DNA of 64,000 nucleotides. Source: an uncultured delta proteobacterium (lineage in GTDB: Bacteria; Desulfobacterota; Desulfobaccia; Desulfobaccales; 0-14-0-80-60-11). Below the pieces are notes generated by a model. That model had not been told where the DNA came from. It worked only from the letters and a program-made list of their open reading frames with translations, and ran no database searches. Both the position numbers and the translations under genes were made by a program. The stretch is taken from positions 544,001 to 608,000 of the forward strand of contig CAWETI010000003.1 of NCBI GenBank assembly GCA_963812015.1, written 5' to 3'. Shown one piece after another: positions 1 to 8,843 of the stretch (the first letter of the stretch is position 1; each line of letters opens with the position of its first letter).

Positions 1-41
1 AGGACGGCGAGGATGAACAGCGTCTCGAGGTCGATCCCCAT
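1..41 (-). CDS. N-terminus of a probable second TatA/TatB-family subunit (runs off the window)
   Basis: ATG at 41 on the minus strand reads MGIDLETLFILAV, a hydrophobic Tat-like start, 15 nt downstream of the tatA stop. Confidence 0.45.
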   Translation of the reverse strand, partial: MGIDLETLFILAV

Positions 42-56
42 TCCGAAACCTGTTGG

Positions 57-335
57 TTACGCCTTGTTCGTCTTGCCGCCGCAATGCGGGCAGAAGGCGA
101 AGTCCCCACTTACCTGCTTCTGGCAATGGGGGCAGGTGACGGATTGGGGCGCCGCGGTGGCGCTGGGCGGAATCTCGGCTCGGGGCGAGACGCTATCCGG
201 GTCCTCGTGAGCCTTTTTGAAGCTCCGGATGGCCTTACCGATACTGTCGCCCAGCTCCGGCAGACGCCGGGGACCGAAGAGCAGCAGGGCGATGGCCAGG
301 ATGATGACCAACGTGGTGATATTATAACCAAACAT
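57..335 (-). CDS. tatA: TatA/E-family twin-arginine translocase subunit with C-terminal zinc ribbon
   Basis: TM helix, FGPRRLPELGDSIGKAIRSFKKA TatA hinge/amphipathic motif, C-terminal CPHC...FCPHCG. Confidence 0.9.
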   Translation of the reverse strand: MFGYNITTLVIILAIALLLFGPRRLPELGDSIGKAIRSFKKAHEDPDSVSPRAEIPPSATAAPQSVTCPHCQKQVSGDFAFCPHCGGKTNKA

Positions 336-419
336 GTGGCCCCTCTGGTTGCTAAGGATTTAATATTAATATAAGAAAAAAATCAGCGCATCGCAAGTAA
401 AGAAAGCGCGGTCCCCGTT

Positions 420-1766
420 ATGAATAAAACCACTTCCCTCTTCAGTCCCCCGCCGCCTCTGGCGGCCCGGATACGGCCCCGGACCCTCAATGAGTTTGTG
501 GGCCAGGCGCACCTGGTGGGCCCCGGGCGCCTGTTGTGGCGATCCCTCAAGGCCGGCCGGCTTTTTGCCTCCATGATCTTCTGGGGTCCCCCGGGTTCCG
601 GCAAAACCACCCTGGCCCGGGTCATGGCCTCGGCCCTGCACTGCCACTTTGTCAGCTTGAGCGCGGTGATGTCCGGGGTGGCCGACCTAAGAAGGGTGGT
701 GGAGGAGGCTCGGAGCCACCGGAACCAGGGGCGCCGCACCGTGGTCCTCATCGACGAGATCCACCGGTTCAACAAGGCCCAGCAGGACGCCCTGCTGCCC
801 CATGTGGAGGAGGGGCTGATCACCCTGGTGGGGGCCACCACCGAAAACCCCTACTTCGAGATCATCGGGCCGCTGCTGTCCCGGGCCAAGATCTTTATCT
901 TTGAGCCCCTGACGGCGGCGGACATCCGCACCATCCTGGAGCGGGCCCTGCTGGATACGGAACGGGGTTTGGGGAGCATCAAGGCCGAGGTTTCGCAGGA
1001 GGCCCTGGACTACCTGGCGGCCATGGCCGGGGGGGACGCCCGCCGGGCCCTGAACGCCCTGGAGTTGGCGGTTATGAGCACCGATCCTGGGGCGGGGGGC
1101 GTCATCCGGGTGGATCTCGCCGGGTCCCAAGAGTGCATGCCCCGGCGGGATCTCATGTACGACCGGGCGGGGGACGCTCACTATGACACCCTGAGCGCCT
1201 TCATCAAGAGCGTCAGGGGGTCGGACGCGGACGCGGCGCTCTACTGGCTGGCCCGGATGCTGGCGGCCGGGGAAGACCCCCGTCTCATCATGCGCCGGCT
1301 GCTCATCCTGGCGTCGGAAGACATCGGTCTGGCCGACCCCCAGGCCCTGGTGCAGGCGGCGGCGGCCTCCCAGGCCTTGGAATGGGTGGGCTTGCCGGAA
1401 GGCCAATACCACCTGGCCCAGGCCACGATCTACCTGTGTCTGGCTCCCAAGAGCAACTCCACCCAGGCCTATTTCCGGGCGAAGGCGGCCCTGGAGGCGA
1501 AGGGCGCGACCCGGGTGCCGGCGCCTTTACAAGACGCCCACCGGGACAAAAAGGGCCTGGGGCACGGCCAGGGGTACCTCTATCCCCACGATTTTCCCGG
1601 TCACTGGGTGGACCAGACGTATCTGCCGGCCGAGCTGAGGGGCGCGAGCTTCTATGAACCGGGGACGGAAGGGGAGGAGCCGGACCTATCGGCCCGCTGG
1701 CGGGCCCTGAAAAATCCGGATAAAAAGTCGGGTGGTCCCGGGGACGCATCCGGCGAGGACCGGTAA
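420..1766 (+). CDS. rarA: Replication-associated recombination protein A (AAA+ ATPase)
   Basis: PLAARIRP, WGPPGSGKTT, DEIHRFNKAQQD, GATTENP, SAFIKSVRGSD, ASEDIGLADP. Confidence 0.95.
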   Translation: MNKTTSLFSPPPPLAARIRPRTLNEFVGQAHLVGPGRLLWRSLKAGRLFASMIFWGPPGSGKTTLARVMASALHCHFVSLSAVMSGVADLRRVVEEARSHRNQGRRTVVLIDEIHRFNKAQQDALLPHVEEGLITLVGATTENPYFEIIGPLLSRAKIFIFEPLTAADIRTILERALLDTERGLGSIKAEVSQEALDYLAAMAGGDARRALNALELAVMSTDPGAGGVIRVDLAGSQECMPRRDLMYDRAGDAHYDTLSAFIKSVRGSDADAALYWLARMLAAGEDPRLIMRRLLILASEDIGLADPQALVQAAAASQALEWVGLPEGQYHLAQATIYLCLAPKSNSTQAYFRAKAALEAKGATRVPAPLQDAHRDKKGLGHGQGYLYPHDFPGHWVDQTYLPAELRGASFYEPGTEGEEPDLSARWRALKNPDKKSGGPGDASGEDR

Positions 1767-1972
1767 CTCTCATCCAGGTTGGCGGTCCGTCAGAGGCCGT
1801 ATGGCTGAGGGAGGATATTGAGCAAAAACCTCAGGCGCTCCGGCTTAAAAAACTCAAAAAATTATGGCAGCCGAACCGGCTTGAAATTGGACTTCGGCGC
1901 GGGGAATGATTATAATATTGCCAGCGGGGTTTTGTGGGGGAGCACCGCTTTGCCCAAGGGGGTGCAGGCACC

Positions 1973-2323
1973 ATGGTGCGAATCTTGTTTGCCGACAGCG
2001 AACCCCACATCCGGCAGTTGTGTCTGGAGGAATTGCAGGATGAGGGCTACGAAGTCCAGGTGACCGGTAGAGCCGCGGAAGTGGTGCGCCTGGCGGAGTC
2101 CTTCAAACCCGATATGGTCATCCTGGAGGTGCTCCTGCCGGATATGTCCGGGTTGGAAGCCGGACGCCTGATCAAGGGCACCAACCGTAAGACCCGGGTG
2201 GTTCTCTATTCCTATAGCACCCCTCCCCCCGATATTTCCAGTTGGGGCGCCGATGATTATGTGGTAAAATCCCCTAATCTGGATGCCCTCAAAGCCACGG
2301 TGCGCCGATTACTGCCCGCCTAA
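1973..2323 (+). CDS. Single-domain response regulator receiver (atypical; Glu at the phospho-acceptor position)
   Basis: CheY-like pattern RILFADSE...PDMVILEVLLPDMSG...GADDYVVKS; ATG at 1973 preferred as start. Confidence 0.85.
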   Translation: MVRILFADSEPHIRQLCLEELQDEGYEVQVTGRAAEVVRLAESFKPDMVILEVLLPDMSGLEAGRLIKGTNRKTRVVLYSYSTPPPDISSWGADDYVVKSPNLDALKATVRRLLPA

Positions 2324-2356
2324 AGGGCGGAGGCGCCGACACCTCCAGAGGTAAGC

Positions 2357-2656
2357 ATGGCGATCATGGAAATCAGCGTGGTCCCTCTGGGACTGGGAGA
2401 CACCAGTGTGGGCGATTTTGTCGCCGCAGTGATCAGGTATCTCCAACAAGAGGGTATCCCCTATGAACTCACGGACATGGGCACCCTGATCCACGGCCAC
2501 GCCGCCAGATTGCTGAAGGTGGCCCAGGTCCTACATGAACTCCCCTTTGACCAGGGAGTCGAGCGGGTGGTCACCCATATCACCATCGACGATCGCCGGG
2601 ACAAAGAAGTGCATTTGGGGGATAAAATAAAATCGGTAAAGGTGCGACTCAAGTAA
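2357..2656 (+). CDS. MTH1187/YkoF-like (thiamine-binding, UPF0045) family protein
   Basis: MAIMEISVVPLG...YELTDMGT...IDDRRDK...KIKSV family pattern; GAGG RBS. Confidence 0.85.
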   Translation: MAIMEISVVPLGLGDTSVGDFVAAVIRYLQQEGIPYELTDMGTLIHGHAARLLKVAQVLHELPFDQGVERVVTHITIDDRRDKEVHLGDKIKSVKVRLK

Positions 2657-2662
2657 AAGGAT

Positions 2663-3838
2663 ATGGCAAACCAGAAAAAGGATTATTATCAGGTCCTGGG
2701 AGTTTCCCGGGGCGCCGGTGTCGACGAGGTCAAGAAAAAATACCGTCAGGTAGCCCTCAAATACCATCCGGACCGCAATCCCGGCAATAAGAACGCCGAA
2801 GAGAAGTTCAAGGAGGCCGCCGAGGCTTACGAGGTTCTCCATGACCCGGAAAAGCGGCGTCTCTATGACCTCTATGGGCATGAGGGCCTGTCTTCCAGCG
2901 GGTTCACCGGGTTCCAGGATTTCTCCGACATTTTCCGCTCCTTCAGCGACATCTTCGGAGACGTGTTCGGCTTCGGGGGCTTCGGAGGCGGGTTCGGGGG
3001 GGCTGCCGGGCCCCGGCCCCAGCAGGGCAATGATCTGCGGTACGATCTGACCTTGGATTTTTTGGACGCGGCCCTGGGAACCGAGGTGACCGTGGAGGTG
3101 CCCCGGGTGGTGACCTGCCGCACCTGCAGCGGCAGCGGCGCCAAGCCCGGGACCCGGCGGGTCCCCTGCCCCCAGTGCGGCGGCCGGGGGGTGGTGTCCC
3201 GCAGCCACGGCATCTTTCAGATCACCACTACCTGTCCTCGCTGCCAGGGGATGAAGGAGTTTGTGGCCGAAGCCTGCCCCGACTGCAACGGGGAAGGCCG
3301 CCTCCGGGAAAAGAAGAAACTCAAGGTGAAAATCCCCCCCGGCATGGACAGCGGCACCCACTTGGTCATGTCCGGGGAAGGCAACGGCGGCGAGCACGGC
3401 GGGCCGCCGGGAGATTTATACATCGTCATGCATGTCCGGCCCCACGATTTTTTCCAGCGCGAGGGCAACGATCTCCATCTGAAGGTGCCGATTTCCTTCG
3501 TCCAGGCGGCCCTGGGGATTCGCCTGACCATCCCTACCCTGCAAAGCAGTCACGATCTGGTGATCCCGCCGGGAACCCAACCCGGAGAGGTGATCCGGTT
3601 GAAGGGTGAAGGGGTGCCGTATCCCAAGGGCCAGCGCCGGGGCGACCTGCTGGTGGAAGTCAAGGTCGTCATTCCCCGGGAGCTGAATGCCCGGCAGCAG
3701 CATCTGCTGGAGGAACTGGCCAAGGAAGAACCCGAGGCCTACGTCCGGCCGGAGGGGACCGGGGACCACGAAGAAGGGTTGCTGAAAAAGCTGTGGCACT
3801 CCTTCACCGACCGCAAACAGGAACAACAGAAAAAATAA
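2663..3838 (+). CDS. dnaJ: Chaperone DnaJ
   Basis: J-domain with HPD, G/F region, four CxxCxGx(G/K) zinc repeats, C-terminal domain. Confidence 0.95.
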   Translation: MANQKKDYYQVLGVSRGAGVDEVKKKYRQVALKYHPDRNPGNKNAEEKFKEAAEAYEVLHDPEKRRLYDLYGHEGLSSSGFTGFQDFSDIFRSFSDIFGDVFGFGGFGGGFGGAAGPRPQQGNDLRYDLTLDFLDAALGTEVTVEVPRVVTCRTCSGSGAKPGTRRVPCPQCGGRGVVSRSHGIFQITTTCPRCQGMKEFVAEACPDCNGEGRLREKKKLKVKIPPGMDSGTHLVMSGEGNGGEHGGPPGDLYIVMHVRPHDFFQREGNDLHLKVPISFVQAALGIRLTIPTLQSSHDLVIPPGTQPGEVIRLKGEGVPYPKGQRRGDLLVEVKVVIPRELNARQQHLLEELAKEEPEAYVRPEGTGDHEEGLLKKLWHSFTDRKQEQQKK

Positions 3839-3843
3839 GGTTT

Positions 3844-3874
3844 GGGCGTCGCCGCGGCGGGCGACGCCCTTTTT
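3844..3874 (+). terminator. Rho-independent terminator after dnaJ
   Basis: GGGCGTCGCC-6nt-GGCGACGCCC followed by TTTTT. Confidence 0.85.
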
Positions 3875-3890
3875 CCTCACTCCTCCCACT

Positions 3891-3990
3891 TTAGGGAATT
3901 CCTAATTCTGCCTTCCCAAATTCCTAATCTTTTTCCCTGCCTAAATGGTTCGGCAAGATAGGTTATGGAAAGGGAAATTTAGGGAAATTT
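3891..3990. promoter_or_regulatory. Cluster of repeated (TT)AGGGAAATT / AATTCCTAA operator-like sites upstream of korA
   Basis: TTAGGGAATTCCTAA at 3891-3905, AAATTCCTAA at 3918-3927, tandem AGGGAAATTT x2 at 3971-3990. Confidence 0.5.
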
Positions 3991-4114
3991 CTCGTCAGGT
4001 CCAAGAGAGCGGGGAATCGCGCCCCTGTCGGCGCCCGATTATTTATATTGACATGGGGGGCTACTTGAGTAAATATTCACAATTAGCCCGGTCTCACCCG
4101 GGAAAGGCGAAGCT

Positions 4115-5821
4115 ATGGCCATTGATCTGAACATCGTGATCGGCGGGGCCGCGGGCCAGGGGGTCCATACCATTACCGGTCTTCTGGCCAGGATCATGGT
4201 GCGCCAGGGGTGCCGGGTTCTGTACGTCCAGGATTACCAGTCCCGCATCCGGGGCGGCCATCTCTTCAACCGCATGCGTGTTTCGGATCAACCTTTGGTA
4301 TCCTCCCGGGAAGGTATCGACCTTTTGGTGGCCCTGAACCAGGAAACTGTTGCCCTCCACCGGGCCGAGCTGTCGCCGGGGGGCATGATCATTTACGACG
4401 CCGCCCATGTGGGGGACTTGCCGCCGGGGGTGCAGACTCTGGCCCTCAAGGCTGGCGACCTGTTGTCGGAGGCCAAGGCCGGGGAGGTGGCCATCAACGC
4501 CGGGGCCTCCGGGGCTATTCTGGGTCTCCTCAAGCTGCCCCTGGAGCCCCTCATGGTCCTTTTGCTGGAGGCCTTTCAGGATAAAGGCCGGGAGGTGGTG
4601 GGGTGGAACCATCGGGCCGCCGCCCAGGGCCACCGGCAGGGGGCGGCGGTGAGCAACCACCATTCCCTGGCCGGGATCACGGCCCCGCCCCAGCCCCGAG
4701 TCCTGATCAGCGGCCATGAAGCCATCGCCCTGGGGGCCCTGGCGGCAGGCCTGCAATTTATCAGCGGTTATCCCATGACTCCCTGGAGCAGCGTCTTGAA
4801 CGCGGTGGGCCAGCGGGCCGAAACCTGGGGGGTGGTGGTGGAGCAGGCGGAAGACGAGATCGCCGCCATCAACATGGCCATCGGGGCCTCGTACGCCGGG
4901 GTCCGAGCCATGACCGGCTCCTCCGGGGGCGGCTTTGCCCTGATGGTGGAGGCTTTGGGCCTGGCGGCCTGCTCCGAAACCCCCCTGGTGATCCTGGAGT
5001 CCCAGCGCCCCGGTCCCAGCACCGGCCTGCCCACCCGCACCGAACAGGGGGACCTCGGTTTCCTGCTGCACGCCGGGCAGGGAGACTTTCCCCGGGCGCT
5101 TTTGGCCCCGGGCACTCCGGCCCAGGGATTCGCCTCGATGGCCAGGGCGTTTAACCTGGCGGACCGCTACCAACTGCCGGTGATCGTCATCACGGATCAA
5201 TATTTCGGGGATACCTTTGTCACCCATGAACCGGGGGACTTTCCCGGGGAAGTCAAGATCGACCGGGCCCTGGCCACCGGCCCGGTTGAAGGCGTCTACG
5301 ATCGCTATGCCCTGACCGCCGACGGCATCTCACCCCGGCGCCGCCCCGGCTTCGGCCCGGTGGTGGTGGCCGATTCCGATGAACACACCCCGGACGGCCA
5401 CCTCACCGAGGACCTAACCATGCGGGTCAAGATGCAGGACAAGCGCCAGCGCAAGCTGAGGGGCTTGGCCCAGGAGCTTGGCGGCATCACCACCAGTGGC
5501 CCGGACGAGGCCCCCCTGACCCTGGCCTGCTGGGGCTCCAGCCTGGGGCCGGTCCAAGAAGCGGTGGCCCGCCTCAACGCCGAGCAGACCCCGGCCCGCC
5601 TGGTGCATTTCAGCGAACTGTGGCCGTTTCCGGCCGGGGCGGTGGCCGGGTCCCTGGGGCGTCCCCAGAAGCTGGTGATGGTGGAGATGAACGCCACCGG
5701 CCAGTTCAACCGGCTGCTGCGCCAGGAGACGGGGATCAGGGCCGATCACCTGGTGCTCAAGTATGACGGGGCTCCCCTGACCCCGGAGTATATCCTCCGG
5801 GCGCTGTCCGGGCAGGTCTGA
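4115..5821 (+). CDS. korA: 2-oxoacid:ferredoxin oxidoreductase alpha subunit (fused gamma-alpha)
   Basis: IGGAAGQG, YQSRIRGGH, GYPMTP, EQAEDEIAA, QRPGPSTGLPTRTEQGD. Confidence 0.92.
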   Translation: MAIDLNIVIGGAAGQGVHTITGLLARIMVRQGCRVLYVQDYQSRIRGGHLFNRMRVSDQPLVSSREGIDLLVALNQETVALHRAELSPGGMIIYDAAHVGDLPPGVQTLALKAGDLLSEAKAGEVAINAGASGAILGLLKLPLEPLMVLLLEAFQDKGREVVGWNHRAAAQGHRQGAAVSNHHSLAGITAPPQPRVLISGHEAIALGALAAGLQFISGYPMTPWSSVLNAVGQRAETWGVVVEQAEDEIAAINMAIGASYAGVRAMTGSSGGGFALMVEALGLAACSETPLVILESQRPGPSTGLPTRTEQGDLGFLLHAGQGDFPRALLAPGTPAQGFASMARAFNLADRYQLPVIVITDQYFGDTFVTHEPGDFPGEVKIDRALATGPVEGVYDRYALTADGISPRRRPGFGPVVVADSDEHTPDGHLTEDLTMRVKMQDKRQRKLRGLAQELGGITTSGPDEAPLTLACWGSSLGPVQEAVARLNAEQTPARLVHFSELWPFPAGAVAGSLGRPQKLVMVEMNATGQFNRLLRQETGIRADHLVLKYDGAPLTPEYILRALSGQV

Positions 5822-5831
5822 GGAGATCGCC

Positions 5832-6689
5832 ATGCTGCCGCTGGACTTATATCAGGGAATTGAATCGGCCTGGTGCCCGGGCTGCGGCAATTTCGGCATG
5901 CTCAAGGCCTTCAAGCAGGCCCTGGCGGAGTTGGAAATCCGGCCCGAGGCGATGGTGGTGGTCTCGGGGATCGGCCAGTCGGGGAAATTTCCCCACTATC
6001 TCAAGTGCAACACCTTTAACGGCATTCATGGCCGTACCCTGCCGGTGGCCACGGGGATTCGGCTGGCCAACCATGAACTGACGGTGGTGGCGGAGGCCGG
6101 GGACGGGGATTGTTACGGCGAAGGCGGCAACCACCTCTTGGCCACGCTGCGGCGCAACCCCGATCTTACTTTAGTGGTGCACAATAACCAGGTTTACGGT
6201 TTGACCAAAGGCCAGGCCTCCCCTACCACCGACCAGGGTTATATCACCCTGCTGCAACCCCACGGGGTCTCCTCTCCCCCGTTGCACGCCCTGGCCATCG
6301 CGGTGGCCCAAGACTGTTCCTGGGTGGGCCGGGGGTTTGCCGGGAGGGGGGAGCACCTCACCGACCTGTATAAGCAGGCCCTGACCCATAAGGGCTTTGC
6401 CTTGCTGGAAGTGCTGCAGCCCTGTGTCTCGTTCAACAAGGTGAACACCTTTTCGTGGTATGAACAGCGGGTCTATGACGTGGCAAAAGAACCGGGTTAC
6501 GACCCGGAAAACGAACTCTGGTCCTATCAGAAGGCCAAGGAGTGGGGGGACCGCATCCCCATCGGGGTGATTTACCGTCACCCCCGGCCCCTCCTGGAGC
6601 AGATGCATCCGGTCCTCGCGGCCGGTCCTTTGGTGCGACAACAACCGGAGCGCCCCATCAAGGCGCTTCTGGGCGACTTCTTCTCATGA
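5832..6689 (+). CDS. korB: 2-oxoacid:ferredoxin oxidoreductase beta subunit (TPP-binding)
   Basis: WCPGCGNF, HGRTLPVATG, GDGD..GEGGNH, NNQVYGLTKGQASPT. Confidence 0.92.
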   Translation: MLPLDLYQGIESAWCPGCGNFGMLKAFKQALAELEIRPEAMVVVSGIGQSGKFPHYLKCNTFNGIHGRTLPVATGIRLANHELTVVAEAGDGDCYGEGGNHLLATLRRNPDLTLVVHNNQVYGLTKGQASPTTDQGYITLLQPHGVSSPPLHALAIAVAQDCSWVGRGFAGRGEHLTDLYKQALTHKGFALLEVLQPCVSFNKVNTFSWYEQRVYDVAKEPGYDPENELWSYQKAKEWGDRIPIGVIYRHPRPLLEQMHPVLAAGPLVRQQPERPIKALLGDFFS

Positions 6690-6699
6690 GGGTGTGATT

Positions 6700-6867
6700 A
6701 TGGTGGCAGAAAAAGAAATCCGGTCCTGGGATATCCTGCGGGAACCCAATCGCATTTTGCTGGAGGAAGACTACGGCTCCAAGATGGAGCTCCTGATCTA
6801 CACGCTCACCTGGGCCGTGGAGATTGGGCTCTGTTTTGCCTTAGCCATCGCTTACCTCCGGGGTTAG
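6700..6867 (+). CDS. 55-aa small protein with a C-terminal hydrophobic helix (below the ORF-track cutoff)
   Basis: ATG 10 nt after the korB stop, GAGGGTG RBS; MVAEKEIRSWDILREPNRILLEEDYGSKMELLIYTLTWAVEIGLCFALAIAYLRG; GC3-rich codons. Confidence 0.6.
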   Translation: MVAEKEIRSWDILREPNRILLEEDYGSKMELLIYTLTWAVEIGLCFALAIAYLRG

Positions 6868-6937
6868 CCGGGCAGAGCCCCGTCCCGTCCCTGGCGGGGC
6901 GCAGGGGGGCCTGCTTCCCAGTGAAAGACGACAAGCT

Positions 6938-6994
6938 GTAGGGGCGGACCCGCGTGTCCGCCCGCTTTGGGCGCACACAGGGGTGCGTCCCGAC
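6938..6994. repeat. GTAG-type REP doublet (inverted pair)
   Basis: GTAGGGGCGGACCCGCGTGTCCGCCC ... GGGCGCACACAGGGGTGCGTCCCGAC. Confidence 0.7.
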
Positions 6995-7487
6995 AAAATA
7001 CGGTATGAGCGCCGGTCCGGGCCTTCCACCAGCCGGGGTGGGGGTGGCCGCCAGATAGCATAGGCCTCTCAGACGAGCCTGGTTACGGGGTGAACCGGGG
7101 GGCGCGCCCCGACAGGTTCGGGGGTGAGGGATAGGGGGGGATGCCATTGATTGGCCTCCAAGGCTTTACCGGGGCAGCATGTTGCATAAGGCAACAATTT
7201 CAGGCTCTGGGGAAAGTTGTGGCTGGGCAATGGATTTTTGAATATGGCTCTAAATTTTTTTTGCTAATAGTAATTGAAATAAAACGATAGCGGGCTTAAA
7301 ATACAGTTAGAAGAGAACCCGTAGCAGGAGATTTTCTGCCCAACCCGTTAACTATCGGGAACCAGGCGGAAAATAGGCGCGAGGCAGGAACCCACCAAAC
7401 CTGGGGGTTACCATAGGCACTGGCGTAAGGCATTCGCAGAGCCGAGGGACCTTTTGTGGCAAAGGCTCAGGGAGGTGTGGTGCAAAG

Positions 7488-8516
7488 ATGATTAATGAAC
7501 TGTTAGCTCCTGGCGGCAGCCTGGAAATGGTGGAAGGGGTTTTTCAAAGCGGCGCCAACGCGGTTTACGTCGGGGCGAAGGGCTTTAGTCGGCGTAAATG
7601 CGCCTGGGAGTTGGAAGATAGCCAGATCGGTGAAGCGGTCCGCATTGCCGCCGAATACCAGGGGAAGGTTCGGGTAGCTTTGAACGCGGAAATCCCGGCG
7701 GAAAAAATCCCCCTGGTGGTGCAAAAGGTGGAAAAATACGCCCACTTCGGTGTCGAAGGGGTGATCGTCAAGACCCCGGCGGTGATTCAGGAGATCCACC
7801 GGCGTATCCCCGAATTGGTTATTCACGCCAGCGTGGGCGCCAACATCCAGACTCAGGCGGAAATGGCCCGGTTTAAGGCTTATGGGGCCACGCAGCTGGT
7901 GGCTTCCACCGAAATCAATACGGTGGAAAAGCTGACCCGGTTTAAGCGGGAAGCGGACGAGCTGGGGCTCAAGACCGAGATCCTGATTCACGGCAACCGC
8001 TGCATCGGCGGAGTGGGGAACTGCATGTTCCACGAACTCATTGCCGATTCTTACATCCGCAAGGTCTATCGGGATGAAGAAGGCAACGAGATCGTGGAAT
8101 ACGAAGGCTGGCCCGACCGAAGCGGCAGCTGTTTCCGGCTCTGCCTCCTGACCGACGAGCAGCGCCGCAAGCTCTTGGTCAAGCGGGGTCAACCGCTGGA
8201 TAAGATTGAAACGATCAACGCGCGCATCCGGCAGCAGCCCAACGTGGCCTTCGCTATCCTGGGAGATGAGTTAAAGGGCTACCTGGATTTGGGGCTGGCC
8301 ACGGTCAAGGTCCAGGGTCGGGAGTATGCGGTGTCCATGATCTCAAGCATGATTAGCTGTTACCGGCAGCTGATCGACGCCCACATGGGGGGCGAAGACA
8401 TCAATGGGCCTTTTTTCCAGCGGATTCAGGACCGTCTGGCGGCCCTGGTGGCGGAACGCGATCAGGCCCGGATGGAAAAGACCAAGGAACTCCACCGGCA
8501 CATCGTGGGCTTGTAA
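7488..8516 (+). CDS. Peptidase U32-family Fe-S protein
   Basis: [43 protein letters not shown]. Confidence 0.85.
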   Translation: MINELLAPGGSLEMVEGVFQSGANAVYVGAKGFSRRKCAWELEDSQIGEAVRIAAEYQGKVRVALNAEIPAEKIPLVVQKVEKYAHFGVEGVIVKTPAVIQEIHRRIPELVIHASVGANIQTQAEMARFKAYGATQLVASTEINTVEKLTRFKREADELGLKTEILIHGNRCIGGVGNCMFHELIADSYIRKVYRDEEGNEIVEYEGWPDRSGSCFRLCLLTDEQRRKLLVKRGQPLDKIETINARIRQQPNVAFAILGDELKGYLDLGLATVKVQGREYAVSMISSMISCYRQLIDAHMGGEDINGPFFQRIQDRLAALVAERDQARMEKTKELHRHIVGL

Positions 8517-8566
8517 TTTGTTGCATTTTTGTTGATTGAGCCGAAATATTACGTTGTTGTCATAAG

Positions 8567-8598
8567 AAGCCTGCCCTATAATGGGGCAGGCTTTTTTT
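8567..8598 (+). terminator. Rho-independent terminator after the U32 gene
   Basis: AAGCCTGCCC-loop-GGGCAGGCTT plus T run. Confidence 0.85.
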
Positions 8599-8843
8599 AT
8601 CAGGCGAGAGCCTGGAGAGTGGTTCAGGAGATTTATCACCCTTCCCGGGCACGGGCAGGGCGATTAATCGTCGGGTTAATTTAATCGCCGGGATTTTCCT
8701 ATCTCCTAGTTGCCCTGACCGATGCAGGAAACGAGAGCTGTTGGGGATTCTTACGCCTTTTCCGAAAGGACTTAGAAAACCGGCGCCGGCAGAGACCAGG
8801 AGGGTCCCCACCGCCAAAATCTACCGTTGTGGGGCGATGACGG

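Noticed and set aside
2330..2662. CIRCE or heat-shock operon context for dnaJ
   Set aside because: No TTAGCACTC-N9-GAGTGCTAA and no hrcA/grpE/dnaK; an unlinked dnaJ is common
8659..8689. Inverted repeat GGCGATTAA-N13-TTAATCGCC upstream of the GT39 gene
   Set aside because: Single occurrence with no assignable regulator; too little support to call
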